64,000 nt of DNA from an uncultured delta proteobacterium (GTDB lineage Bacteria > Desulfobacterota > Desulfomonilia > Desulfomonilales > Desulfomonilaceae). The stretch is taken from the NCBI GenBank assembly GCA_963789265.1, contig CAWBKB010000001.1:1536001-1600000 (forward strand). The letters are read 5' to 3'. Below are positions 1-9,972 of this stretch, one piece after another. Within the stretch, counting starts at the first letter, position 1. Each line of letters starts with the position of its first letter. Below the pieces are notes generated by a model. That model was not told the DNA's origin. It was given only the letters and a program-made list of their open reading frames with translations, and ran no database searches. The position numbers and the translations under genes are program-made.

Positions 1-384
1 TCCACACCATGCCCCGTAGGTCCTCAGGGACCCAGTGCGGCACCCAAGAGACTTAGCAAGTCTTTGTCCCTCTTAGGTGTTGCGACCTAAATGCAGGAGC
101 GATTCTTCCGTTTACCAAAACCGGTAAGGTCGTTAAGGGTTAAGTCCCGGCTTTTGTTTCCCAGGTGTTTCGTAGCCAGCCTTGTCAATCGTTCGCTGCC
201 GGACCTAACCGTGTCCAAATGTCCAGCACTGAAGTACCGCGCTAAAAACCGACCATACTGAAAACAACTTAGGTGTGTCTTTAAGTATAGACACCCTCAT
301 CCGGCTTCTTAGGTCAAAAAAACGGACTTAACCCCAAATTGGAATTGACGACAGTGAGGTTAATGGCATACTCTTAATTGCTAA

Positions 385-1326
385 ATGAATACCGTTTATC
401 GTTTTTCTAAGGAGCCCGATATGGCCGCACCGGAAAAGTCTCCACTCTTCTCAAGACTCCAAGAACTCCGCTCTCAGGAAGGCAAGGGCTGGGAAGAGAT
501 TGCCCATATCCTGGAAGAGGAGGGGTACGCAGAAAAGGGAAAGGCTCTGACCGCCAACACGCTCAGGAAACGTTATACGAGGTGGGGCAAGATTGAGACA
601 TCAGACAAGCCGCCCGTCGCATCGGAGCCGGAATCAAAGCAGGAACACGAGAGATCTGATTTCGAGCGGTTGCAGAAGAACAGGATGGATTCTCCACTCA
701 AAGGATTCGGGAGAGGCGGATCAGCCCCTGGTGGTTCCGTTGAGGACGCCATTGCCGGTCTCATAACCCTGAATAATCAACTGCTGGAACAAGTTCGGGA
801 ATCGAACAGCCTGATGCAGCGGTTGGAGAAACGATTAGAAGAGCAGGAATCTAAAACAAGCCATACCCAACATACCGACGAACAGCCCATCACCTCAAGA
901 GATTTGCTTGAATTGCTAAGGGAACTGGGCGCAGGGAGATTACAAATGATGCACATCGAAGAAGAAAGAAAGGATTACCCCTCCCGGGAGGAAGTCCTCC
1001 ACTTGCTGGAAGAGAAGGTGGAGGAAAAAGTGGATACCGAACTCAAAGTCATGCTCTCCGAGGAGGGAAGTTTTTCCAGGGAGCTTACCCACCTGATTGA
1101 CCAGAGACTGAAAAGTCTTTTTTCAGGTGGTGAACCCGTCGTTCAGACTCCACACGCCGGTCCCGGTCGCGGGTGGAAAGGGAAAACTCACAAGAAGTTC
1201 TCCGCCAGCCTGGAAGAAAGCTTATTTAATAGGGTGAAGAGTTTACCAGGGCAGTTTTCGGGGCATCTCTCCAATGCCTTGGAAGCCTACTTAGCGGTCA
1301 TGGGTAAAGGGGTAGACCAAGAGTGA
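385..1326 (+). CDS. Hypothetical DNA-binding protein (N-terminal HTH-like, coiled coil, C-terminal ribbon-helix-helix-like)
   Basis: 313-aa ORF; WEEIAHIL..TLRKRY N-terminus; KKFSASLEESLFNRVKSLPGQFSGHLSNALEAYL C-terminus. Confidence 0.6.
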   Translation: MNTVYRFSKEPDMAAPEKSPLFSRLQELRSQEGKGWEEIAHILEEEGYAEKGKALTANTLRKRYTRWGKIETSDKPPVASEPESKQEHERSDFERLQKNRMDSPLKGFGRGGSAPGGSVEDAIAGLITLNNQLLEQVRESNSLMQRLEKRLEEQESKTSHTQHTDEQPITSRDLLELLRELGAGRLQMMHIEEERKDYPSREEVLHLLEEKVEEKVDTELKVMLSEEGSFSRELTHLIDQRLKSLFSGGEPVVQTPHAGPGRGWKGKTHKKFSASLEESLFNRVKSLPGQFSGHLSNALEAYLAVMGKGVDQE

Positions 1327-1728
1327 TACGGGTCCTGCCCCCAGAGGAGATCAGCCATGCCAATGTTCCGATAGAGGGGTTCTAGGAGCATTCCTGGCAT
1401 CGCTGATCGTCCATATTAACTACTTGCAGTTTGAACAGGACTTCACAGGTTTTCCACCAGCCTTCAGGCAATCGGATTTTTTTAATTCTCTGCAAAAGCT
1501 TCCTCTGAAACAGCATGCTTTCCGGTTTTTCATTTCAACACCTCCACCGAACCGTACTACATCCTACTCATAATTTAGTCAGACAACCTGGTCAGTCAAT
1601 CCTCATTGGACGGTGTTAAGGCGGCGAACTAGTATGAATGAGTGCTTCTTAAAAATAGTGGCGCGCATCCTCTGCAAGTGGGAAGCTGATTCAAGATCGA
1701 TTTGACATGGTATGGTTGTTGAGGTAAC

Positions 1729-2737
1729 TTGGGAATACCGTTTTCTGTGGGAGGTGTTCTTTGGATACCACGACGACCGCGCTGCCAAGACCTGGTTCCG
1801 GCATCCTCACCCGCCACCTTCAATAGTGTCGATACAGACGAACTCCTCGCCGCCTTTCTTTCCGACAAATCTCCCAAAACCATAGAGGCGTACAAAAAGA
1901 GACCTGGAAGACTTCAGACAGTTCCTGGGAGCCGATGACAGGGATCAAGCCGCTCGTATCTTTCTTTCGGGAGGACTCCACAAAGCGAATCACACAGCTC
2001 TGAAATACAAGAATCACCTTGCAGACGACAAGAAGCTCCAACCCACAACGGTAAACCGAAAACTTGCGGCCCTGCGCAGCCTCACGGATATGGCGTACAC
2101 CCTCGGCATGATTAACTGGAAGGTGCGCGTTAAGAATCAAAAGGTCTTTGCTGCCGCTCGTGACACAAGAGGACCTGGAAAGTCCGGCGTACAAAAACTT
2201 CAGGAAGAGGTCTCTAAGCGAACGGATCCCAAGGGATTGAGGGATAAGGCTGTCCTCCATCTTCTTTACGATCTCGCTCTCCGCCGATCTGAGGTCGTCG
2301 GTCTTGACCTTGAAGATGTTGACCTTGAGAGAGGAACACTGCGAATCCTTGGTAAAGGGCGGCTCCAGAAGGAAACCCTGTCCCTCCCAACAAGGACAAG
2401 GAAGATTCTCTCGGAGTGGATGGCAGTCCGAGGAAATTGTGAAGGGGCGTTGTTTATAAACTTTCATCATAATCCGAAGATTCAAGGCAGCCGTCTCTCA
2501 GCCACAAGCCTGTACAGGATTATCCGTGACCTGGGAACACAAACGGGACAGAAGGTGCGTCCTCATGGGCTGCGTCACACAGCCATCAGCGAAGCTGTGC
2601 GGAAGGTGCAGGCAGTCGGAATGGACGTGACGAAAGTCCTCCAATTTTCAAGGCACAAGGATTTGAAGACGCTTCAGGTTTATATTGACTCTGTGGAGGA
2701 TGTTCAGGGTAAGATAGCGGAGTTGGTCGCTGGATAG
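1729..2737 (+). pseudogene. XerC/D-like tyrosine recombinase, frameshifted at the A5 run 1894-1898 (start uncertain)
   Basis: LRRSE, GKG, HGLRH, SRH..Y catalytic motifs; N-terminal KSPKTIEAYK joins DLEDFRQFL..TVNRKLAALRS after a +1 shift. Confidence 0.8.
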
Positions 2738-2768
2738 AAATTTGAATGAGCAGGGGAGGAAACACTAA

Positions 2769-3818
2769 ATGGCAGCCATTGATCAATTATTGAAATGGGC
2801 TAAAACTTCCGAACGCATGCACCAGATTATTCTGGCTCGCCTATTAAGAAGGACTGATCTACTGAGCTACGTCGGAATTACCGGTAAGCCGACCGATCTT
2901 GAAATCGAAACCCAACATCGACTTTACGATTTTACCATCACTCTCGATACCGGGCAGCGAGTTCATGCTGAACTCAAGGTCAACAGCAATTTGGGTGAGG
3001 ACCAGATCCAGCGGCAAGTCGCCGCTCTAAAAATGACTGCGCCAGAAGATATTCTCGCATACTTTCTCGTCGGAACGGCTCAATTCGTTTGGAATATTCA
3101 CAAATTAACTAACATCGCCACAGCAAACAACCCTAATCTGAAAAGCAGTTCCCTCATGATGGTGGATTCACCCATGATGCAAGCAGCATTGCACAAGATC
3201 CTTGGGCAGCCACTTTATAGCAACGATGACCGTGACTTGACAGTCGTTTATTTGAGCCATCTCCAAAAGATGGACCGGTCTTATGAGAAATATAAATCAC
3301 GCCCCTTGTTCCCCCGTTGGGACGGCGACCAGTGGTTCGGTTTCTATAATGCCTTAAATAAACAACCAGGTATATTTGCTCCCGGCAACAACATGTTTTA
3401 CGTTCCAAATCCGAGGGGTGGTTTCTTTGGATTCGCGTGGCACAGGATCGACCTACCGCAAAAAGGAGTTTCAGCATATCTACAGCTTGAAGAAAGCAAA
3501 TTGTGCCTGAAAGTATATGTGGAAAACCCTCAATTTCGCGGACAGTTCAGGGACAGGCTCTCAGGCATTGTTCTAGAAGCGTGGCAAGAGTTAAGAAACA
3601 GTGGGGGGATCACCATACAGATCCAAAGACCTTCAAGATTTGGGAGCGGCGAATACATGACGGTTGCTGAGATGCCTGGCGATTACCGTTGCAATGCAAG
3701 CGGACGAGACCCTCTGCGTCTCGACTTGGATTATGCTGTTGCTGCCTTGACCCAAGCACAAAATGTATTGGATGGAGCCGTTCGCCTCTGGACACAATCC
3801 AACATAGTGTTGGTATAG
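2769..3818 (+). CDS. PD-(D/E)XK superfamily nuclease-like protein
   Basis: 349 aa; E..YDF..HAELKVNS..DQ..R motif; GGAGG RBS. Confidence 0.6.
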   Translation: MAAIDQLLKWAKTSERMHQIILARLLRRTDLLSYVGITGKPTDLEIETQHRLYDFTITLDTGQRVHAELKVNSNLGEDQIQRQVAALKMTAPEDILAYFLVGTAQFVWNIHKLTNIATANNPNLKSSSLMMVDSPMMQAALHKILGQPLYSNDDRDLTVVYLSHLQKMDRSYEKYKSRPLFPRWDGDQWFGFYNALNKQPGIFAPGNNMFYVPNPRGGFFGFAWHRIDLPQKGVSAYLQLEESKLCLKVYVENPQFRGQFRDRLSGIVLEAWQELRNSGGITIQIQRPSRFGSGEYMTVAEMPGDYRCNASGRDPLRLDLDYAVAALTQAQNVLDGAVRLWTQSNIVLV

Positions 3819-4191
3819 TGACTTGATCGACACTTTATATGAACCAGGGTGGGAATCAGATTTACGTACCTTAACTCCCCTTCTGGTACGTAAAAACCCA
3901 TTATCAAACGCGGCTTTTTTGAGTCCGTATCCGATATTATCAAGAGCAGAAATCCGGGGGAAGCGTTCCCTCTCGAACCACTTGACCGAGTTCCTTCTCT
4001 TTCCAATGACCGTACCATCATGAGCGGCTTCCAAGCCTTTTCAGACGTGGAATATCCGTGACCGCCAGCCCTAACCGAGAGTATAATAGGTTAAAGAAAT
4101 TTGCCGTAGAAATGGTGGGAGCGTCTCGAATCGTTGCCATATCCCTGTTCGGTCGAACAGACAGACTCAAAGGTCCGGGGAGGCGAGCAAG

Positions 4192-5022
4192 ATGAGAACT
4201 GAAGAAGTCAAGCAGGTGGTCAAGGGCCGTTATGGTAAGTTCGCTGAAACAGGAGGGAACAAAGAGTCCTGTTGAGCCAGCAAACAAAAGCCCGGTTCGG
4301 GCTATGCAGTGGATCAGGGATTCTATGGAGAGGCAGAACTCTCCTCAATACCGGAACTGGCCCGCAACTTGTCCAGGGGATGCGGCAACCCAACCGGTTT
4401 CGCAAACCTTCAACCTGGGGAGACCGTTGTAGATTTTGGCTGCGGAGGCGGGATAGACGTTATCTTGGCTGCTCACAAGGTGGGTTCACAGGGGAAAGTG
4501 GTAGGGATAGATTTTGCCGAACAAATGATCGAGCAAGCGAAGCAGGCGGTTTCCAAGGCGGGATCACAAGACAGGAACATTGAACTTTACGTCGCGGATA
4601 TGGAGAAGACACAGATTCCAGAAAGTCTTGCTGATGTTGTCATTTCCAACTGCGTCATCAACCTATGCCCTGACAAGGACGCTGTGTACAAGGAAGCATT
4701 TCGTATCTTGACCCCCGGTGGTCGGATCGCCATCTCCGATATTGTTCTTACCCAAGATATTGATCCGAATCTTAGAGAGCGTTTTCAGTCAACCTGGGCG
4801 GGATGTTTGGGAGGGGCAATTCCTGAAGAGGACTACCTCCAGATGGTGAGCGAGGCGGGGTTCCACGATGTCCATATTGTCGTTGACCATACCCTTACCG
4901 CGGAAGAACTGGGGGCAATGGCTCGTTGTCCAGGAGAGGAATTCACGCCTGCCCCCGCGAAAGAGGATCTCTCAGTGGTGCAGGGGAAAGTGAAGAGCAT
5001 CAAGTTCACAGCCTTTAAGTGA
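4192..5022 (+). CDS. arsM: Arsenite S-adenosylmethionine methyltransferase, probable selenoprotein (TGA 4273-4275)
   Basis: RBS GGAGG, ATG 4192, MRTEEVKQVVKGRYGKFAE..SC-U in frame with SRGCGNP, VVDFGCGGGID, ISNCVINL, WAGCLGGA. Confidence 0.85.
4276..4307 (+). promoter_or_regulatory. Putative bacterial SECIS hairpin
   Basis: AGCCCG-GTT-CGGGCT (4289-4303) with a G-containing loop about 19 nt after the TGA. Confidence 0.65.
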
Positions 5023-5070
5023 CCCATGTAGAACAACACAATCGAGTTTTGCTCCGACCTGGAGACGTTC

Positions 5071-5367
5071 ATGGAATTCTACGAGGAGCCTCACCACTAC
5101 GAAAAAACCATTATCTCAGACCTACAAGGGGCTTGGGAGAATTTACGGGCAACGGTAGCCGACAATCATCCATTCCCGGAATCCGAAAGGCTCCTGTTCC
5201 ATATAGATGAAGGGATGAGCTGGGAAAGTGTCCGCAACCTGTCCCGGATGAGAAAGGCTCTGCTCCTGATTCAAAATATCGCGAGCATGAATCAGATGCC
5301 GGAGGAAGTGACCGAGGGGATAGAGGAGGTGCTGGGCATCTTGAGTCAGATACCGGAGCAACGATGA
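5071..5367 (+). CDS. Hypothetical protein
   Basis: 98-aa ORF with GGAG RBS; ATGA overlap with the next ORF. Confidence 0.6.
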   Translation: MEFYEEPHHYEKTIISDLQGAWENLRATVADNHPFPESERLLFHIDEGMSWESVRNLSRMRKALLLIQNIASMNQMPEEVTEGIEEVLGILSQIPEQR

Positions 5368-5558
5368 CTATCAAGGCAAGCGTAGCATTCTTCTTCTCCC
5401 ACGAGGGAGACCTGATCCAGGTCGCGGACAGTCACATCGCCAGGATTATCCGTCATCCTGAGAGATTTGGGTTGACGAAAGAAGAAATTCAAAGCATCTA
5501 TGAGATGCACGGAGAGAGGATCGGAGTTGGAGGCGATCTCGACAGGAACCCATCTTAA
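5364..5558 (+). pseudogene. Hypothetical protein, probably truncated
   Basis: 64 aa, coupled to the upstream ORF; HIARIIRHPERFGLTKEEI segment looks protein-like, then ends abruptly. Confidence 0.4.
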
Positions 5559-5663
5559 TGGTCATCAGCCGGTGGTGGAGAGCGGATTACTGTTGTTAAG
5601 TATCTGGCTATTGACTCTACTCAGCGTAGAGACAGCGTCCTATGAGGAAAAGAGGTAACCAAC

Positions 5664-5825
5664 ATGAAGGTGAACTTGATCAAGAACATAGGGTTTATCC
5701 TGCTTGCGATTTGGCTCATCGTTGGGGGCATATTGCAACTGGTCGGTGGTGCGAGTCTATCAATCGGCACTCTGCTGTCGATACTTGGTATCGTCGCTGG
5801 TGTCTTCATCTTGCTTGGTCTATAG
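5664..5825 (+). CDS. Small two-helix membrane protein (53 aa), absent from the ORF track
   Basis: GAGG RBS; MKVNLIKNIGFILLAIWLIVGGILQLVGGASLSIGTLLSILGIVAGVFILLGL. Confidence 0.7.
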   Translation: MKVNLIKNIGFILLAIWLIVGGILQLVGGASLSIGTLLSILGIVAGVFILLGL

Positions 5826-5977
5826 CGGTCTAGGGGTACGAGTCCTGGGACGGGGAGCATTTCGATACGCCAAGAACACAACTAATCCGCTGAGTAGGGT
5901 CAATAGTCAACTCTATAATTATCAACCGTGAAAAACCCCCGATTCTTCCTGGGACACTTAGGGGTACGGAGACCCGA

Positions 5978-6394
5978 ATGACTGATATGTCCGAGCCTGA
6001 AGTCGGTATTTTCTTCATTGTCGGAGACGAGTTGTTTAGAAAGTCCACCCCTCTCTGCGATGCTGAACTTTCCGACGACTCCCGGATTCATCTTGGCAGC
6101 CATAGAGCCTTCTGGGAAGAAATACGACGAGAAAAAGCGGTTCTGTCAGGTGTTCCTTATGATTTTTATCCGAGGGGTAGGGTGTTGTTCAGCGCGAACG
6201 ATGAGCGGTTCTGGGTTTACGTTGACCGGCCCACCCGTAAAGACCACGTAATGATTGTGAACATATTGAGTGAGTTCCATCTCCCGCAAGACAAGACTAA
6301 GATCCGTTGCGATCCTCAGTATAAGTGCCGTGCTTGCAATCCACACAACGTCGCTGACGCCATTGGCCTAGACATAGATGATTACCTGCCATAG
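5978..6394 (+). CDS. Hypothetical protein (GIF..H..W..PRGRV..YxCxxC type)
   Basis: 138-aa ORF with RBS; paralog at 8018-8380. Confidence 0.7.
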   Translation: MTDMSEPEVGIFFIVGDELFRKSTPLCDAELSDDSRIHLGSHRAFWEEIRREKAVLSGVPYDFYPRGRVLFSANDERFWVYVDRPTRKDHVMIVNILSEFHLPQDKTKIRCDPQYKCRACNPHNVADAIGLDIDDYLP

Positions 6395-6636
6395 AGGTGT
6401 CAGGGGACTCTACCTATATCCCACGGCCTGACAAAAATCTCCTGTGAGCCGATTACCGTCCTATTGGCGTACTACACCCCGTCCAAAATGCCCCACACAG
6501 CGCCTAGTTGGAACTTTTCGGTGATGTCCCTGCCAATGTTCATGAATTATTGTTTTTAAGTGAGGGGCTTAAACATTGCTCGATTCTTCTTGACTGTCCA
6601 AAGCGATATATGTAGAATGATAGATGTGGAGGTTTT

Positions 6637-7044
6637 ATGCCCGCTCTGTCACCCAAGAATTGCGTTGCTCCTGAGGTTTCGGCTTGGAGTATCAACCCCC
6701 AAAGAACACCTCAACCAAGAGTAACGATTGCTCTCGCAGAGCCACGGAAGAGACATACTCCAAAGCGCGAACTTGTTACCATAACGGTTACAAAGGAAGA
6801 TTATGCAAGACTCAAGGCTGTTGGAGGACCGCATCCGAGTTACATTGATATGGCCTTGCGTCATTATTTGCGTGTAATAAAGGAAACAGGGTCGTACCCA
6901 CAAGTAAACGACGCTGGATGGCGCAGGGGTCCTGTAATGACTTTTCTGTGCGCCATACCGAATCATCTCTCCGATGAAATCCGGCATCTCACCGGTCGCT
7001 TTGACAGCCACACAATTGAAGCCGTGCGCTTATACCTGCTTTGA
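6637..7044 (+). CDS. Hypothetical protein with two RHH-like repeats
   Basis: GGAGG RBS, TTGACT..TAGAAT promoter-like sequence upstream; 135 aa. Confidence 0.6.
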   Translation: MPALSPKNCVAPEVSAWSINPQRTPQPRVTIALAEPRKRHTPKRELVTITVTKEDYARLKAVGGPHPSYIDMALRHYLRVIKETGSYPQVNDAGWRRGPVMTFLCAIPNHLSDEIRHLTGRFDSHTIEAVRLYLL

Positions 7045-7525
7045 CACCTCGTTTCCTAAAAGCCATTTCGGGGACCTTCCGTTGCAAAGTTAACCAGCCG
7101 CTCCTGTTCTCATAACGGTATTAGCCCCGTCAGATCATAGGTGGTTGAACTAAAAAAGACGGGCCGCCCCATGAAACGTACGTGACGTTGTTACGAACAT
7201 GAAGTGGCCCTATTCCAATTCACCGAAGACTGGATGTACGCAAGAAAGGTAACAAGAATTTGGGGTCAAAGCAATTTGAAAATAGAACAACGACTCTTGT
7301 CCCTGGTACGAAGGACTTCTCACCATTCTTCATTAAAAAAGACTCCTGTGCGTTGCTTGGCACTCTCTGCACAAAGTGCAGCAGCACGCCTAAATCGCCC
7401 CACAGAACATCTCCGTCCCGCCTGACCAATTCTCCGTGGCTTTCTATATTGCTCATTGGTCGGCTCCCGTGATATAGTGCCAATCAGTCCATCCCCGCAC
7501 GCAACCCAATCATGAGACATAAGAC

Positions 7526-7936
7526 ATGGTTAAATCTGCCAAGGTCGCGAGGAAGTCCCTATCCAAATCTCGTAAACCGCAAATTCCAGAGGACGTAAAA
7601 TCTGAACTCTCCCTCAAGGCGCAAAAACTGGTCGAGCAGCACTTGAAGCCTGCGCATGTGGAACTGCCAGAAAACCCGCAGTGCAATTATATCTCTGACA
7701 TCTACACCAGATGGCATCGGGAGGAACTCTATTTCTGCGCCACGTATGTAGCTCCTTTTCCTGACGCTGTTTCCCCAACCTCTGAAGTCCGCTTTGCGAG
7801 AATGGGCTATTTAGGTAATGGAAAGTTTAGCCTGGCTTACAAGGGGCAGACCGGCAGGTGGTGCCAAATGTACCCGTGCCTGTCAATTCAAAAATGCCTC
7901 GAAGTCGTCCGGGACGAGCCTCATTTTATTCCCTGA
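7526..7936 (+). CDS. Hypothetical protein (DUF3024-like C-terminus)
   Basis: FARMGY.G.GKFSLAY..TGRW motif. Confidence 0.6.
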   Translation: MVKSAKVARKSLSKSRKPQIPEDVKSELSLKAQKLVEQHLKPAHVELPENPQCNYISDIYTRWHREELYFCATYVAPFPDAVSPTSEVRFARMGYLGNGKFSLAYKGQTGRWCQMYPCLSIQKCLEVVRDEPHFIP

Positions 7937-8017
7937 CCCGATTAGAAAACTAGACCCAGGTTCATCCCTTCTGACAGATATTTGTGGCTCCTCATAGCAA
8001 TAAAGGGGAATCCAAAC

Positions 8018-8380
8018 TTGTCGAAGAACTGCATCGGAATCTTCTACTTGATCAACGGACGTATCGTCTCCGAAAAAGCCCCCGTATCTTCGATTTAAAC
8101 CTCCGGTGCTGTCCGAGCCTACCCTCGCCAGCACTACGACCTGTGGACCGACCTTCAAAAGAAGGACCCCGATCTTTACGATTTGGACGGCTATTCTCTA
8201 CCCCGTGGGAGAGTCTGCTATAATGAGAAAAAGAAGAAATTCGAGGTCGTTGCTGATCGCCATATCCTGGATAAAGATGAGGCCATTGCTCGTATCATTC
8301 AGGACTTTCGTGTTGAGAAGTCTGAAGTCGTCTTCAAAGAAGACGAGAATTATCGCTGCTCCATCTGCGAAAATGGCTAG
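8018..8380 (+). pseudogene. Paralog of 5978-6394 with in-frame TAA at 8096-8098
   Basis: TTG start after AGGGG; IGIFYLING..(TAA)..HYDLW..LPRGRV..DENYRCSIC. Confidence 0.65.
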
Positions 8381-8422
8381 AGTAACGCTGACAGCTTAAT
8401 CTTCCGAGTCCTTCGCCATATT

Positions 8423-8439
8423 GTGCGAAACTTTCGCAC
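8423..8439. promoter_or_regulatory. Perfect inverted repeat, candidate enhancer-binding-protein site
   Basis: GTGCGAAA-C-TTTCGCAC about 110 bp upstream of the sigma54 motif. Confidence 0.5.
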
Positions 8440-8547
8440 TTCACGTGAAAACCCGCTCAAAACCGTGAAGGAATTGACCATCTTAAAGCCACGACAGATC
8501 ACCCCCATTATCAGTAATCCGCCAGGATATCAGGCTATATTCGTACT

Positions 8548-8563
8548 TGGCACTGTAATTGCT
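8548..8563 (+). promoter_or_regulatory. Sigma54 (-24/-12) promoter
   Basis: TGGCAC-TGTAA-TTGCT, canonical spacing. Confidence 0.75.
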
Positions 8564-8573
8564 TATAGAATGA

Positions 8574-8634
8574 GGCAACAACGTATATAATCCATACCCT
8601 TCTTAGCAATCCTCCTTTTGGATTGCTTTTTTTT
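8574..8634 (+). ncRNA. Candidate sigma54-dependent small RNA (~60 nt)
   Basis: Lies between the sigma54 promoter and an intrinsic terminator; no ORF. Confidence 0.55.
8605..8634 (+). terminator. Intrinsic terminator
   Basis: AGCAATCC-TCCTTTT-GGATTGCT followed by a T run. Confidence 0.8.
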
Positions 8635-9334
8635 GCTCTAAAACGGGACCACGGACTCGCTGGACCTTGCTCGGCTCTGCTAGACGGGATATCTCGACCT
8701 ATTGGGTGGGTCTCTTCCAGGTGTGTCTCATCTCGTAGCCGGTTCCTCCCACGACCAGCAAACCAAAACCTAGGGCTGTAATCCGCTAAACCGCTGTCAT
8801 CACCGTATCTTCCTACAAAGAGAAGTGGACCGAGGCTTGCTGACGGAATATCCGGGCATCCTAATCGACAGGTGACTTCGATCCTATGTTACCAGTTTTC
8901 CCGGTTTCCAGAAAATTGCTAAGAGGTTGGATGACCTCAAGATTGGCACGCCCGGACTATGGTCGCAGGACTCTTCATAACGGTGTGGCAGCGAAAAATC
9001 TTCTATCTTGGTAATACAGGTGCTGTTGACAACTTAAGGGATTTTGCACTGGGGCGATCAAGAGTAGATCGTCTTGTACTTCACGTCTAAAGAGCTTTAT
9101 CAAAAGAGTTCCTTGCCTTCTTTCGTAGAGCACGACCAGTTTGAAAAATTCTCTGACCGAGAAAAAGACCTTTAAGCATGTTAAACCAATGCGTTAAGCC
9201 GCTCAGGACAGGTCATGCGGACAGTAAATAGGTGCTAGGGGTAAAAAAGTACTTGACATTGGATCTACAAGTATGGTCTGTTAATTGACAGACTGGGTAA
9301 TAGGTAAGAAGTTGAACTTTGAAGGAGATGGAAC

Positions 9335-9745
9335 ATGGCAATTCAGGTCCTAATAGATGATAAGCATCGACACAGAGGGGACACGTACGTCAGCATAAAT
9401 CCGAAGCTGAACCGCCTCCTGTTGTACAAAAGGGCCTACGAGGACATGAAGAAAGCCTATGGAAAGGACATTGATCATGTCCTGGTCCTTTGGGACGATG
9501 AACGTCCCCATCTGTTTTGGATTCAGCCTTGCGAGGCCGACGTAGAGGGAGCCCGGAAGTTGGATACGCCAAGTGAGAATACGCGCACCCTCTCGATCAG
9601 GATGCTCCTCAGCAAACTTGGATGGAAAAAAGACAGAGGAACCGTGAGGCTGCCTCTCGATTGGGATAAGGATCAGAAGGCGGCGATCATAGATACCAGC
9701 AAGGCCGAAGAGGCACCCGGATCGGGACGTAAGAGAGGCAAATAG
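9335..9745 (+). CDS. Hypothetical protein
   Basis: 136 aa, AAGGAG RBS, TTGACA upstream. Confidence 0.7.
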   Translation: MAIQVLIDDKHRHRGDTYVSINPKLNRLLLYKRAYEDMKKAYGKDIDHVLVLWDDERPHLFWIQPCEADVEGARKLDTPSENTRTLSIRMLLSKLGWKKDRGTVRLPLDWDKDQKAAIIDTSKAEEAPGSGRKRGK

Positions 9746-9972
9746 AGAGAAGGACTGAAGAGAAAAGGCTGGATTACCGAACCTGATTGGAATCCACCCT
9801 GTAACAAAAAAATAGACCTTGCGCCGATTTGAAGCACACAGCTTGCTGGGCGCAGAAGAAATACAGGCTAAAGCGTGCATGGACCCGTCCAGCCGCAGAG
9901 CTTGGCGGGTTTTTGTTTTTGAAGGGTTGCTCGGGAGCCGCCGAACGGAGGCGGCAACCTGTGAGGGAGAAG

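Noticed and set aside
364..382. TGGCAT..TTGC sigma54-like motif upstream of ORF 385
   Set aside because: Spacer is 8 nt rather than 5; a sigma70-like TTGACG..CATACT fits better
1893..1899. Programmed -1 frameshift at C-AAA-AAG in the recombinase
   Set aside because: The downstream domain is in the +1 frame, so -1 slippage would not join them
8640..9330. Possible large structured RNA in the ORF-free island segment
   Set aside because: No repeats, long stems or recognisable motif by eye
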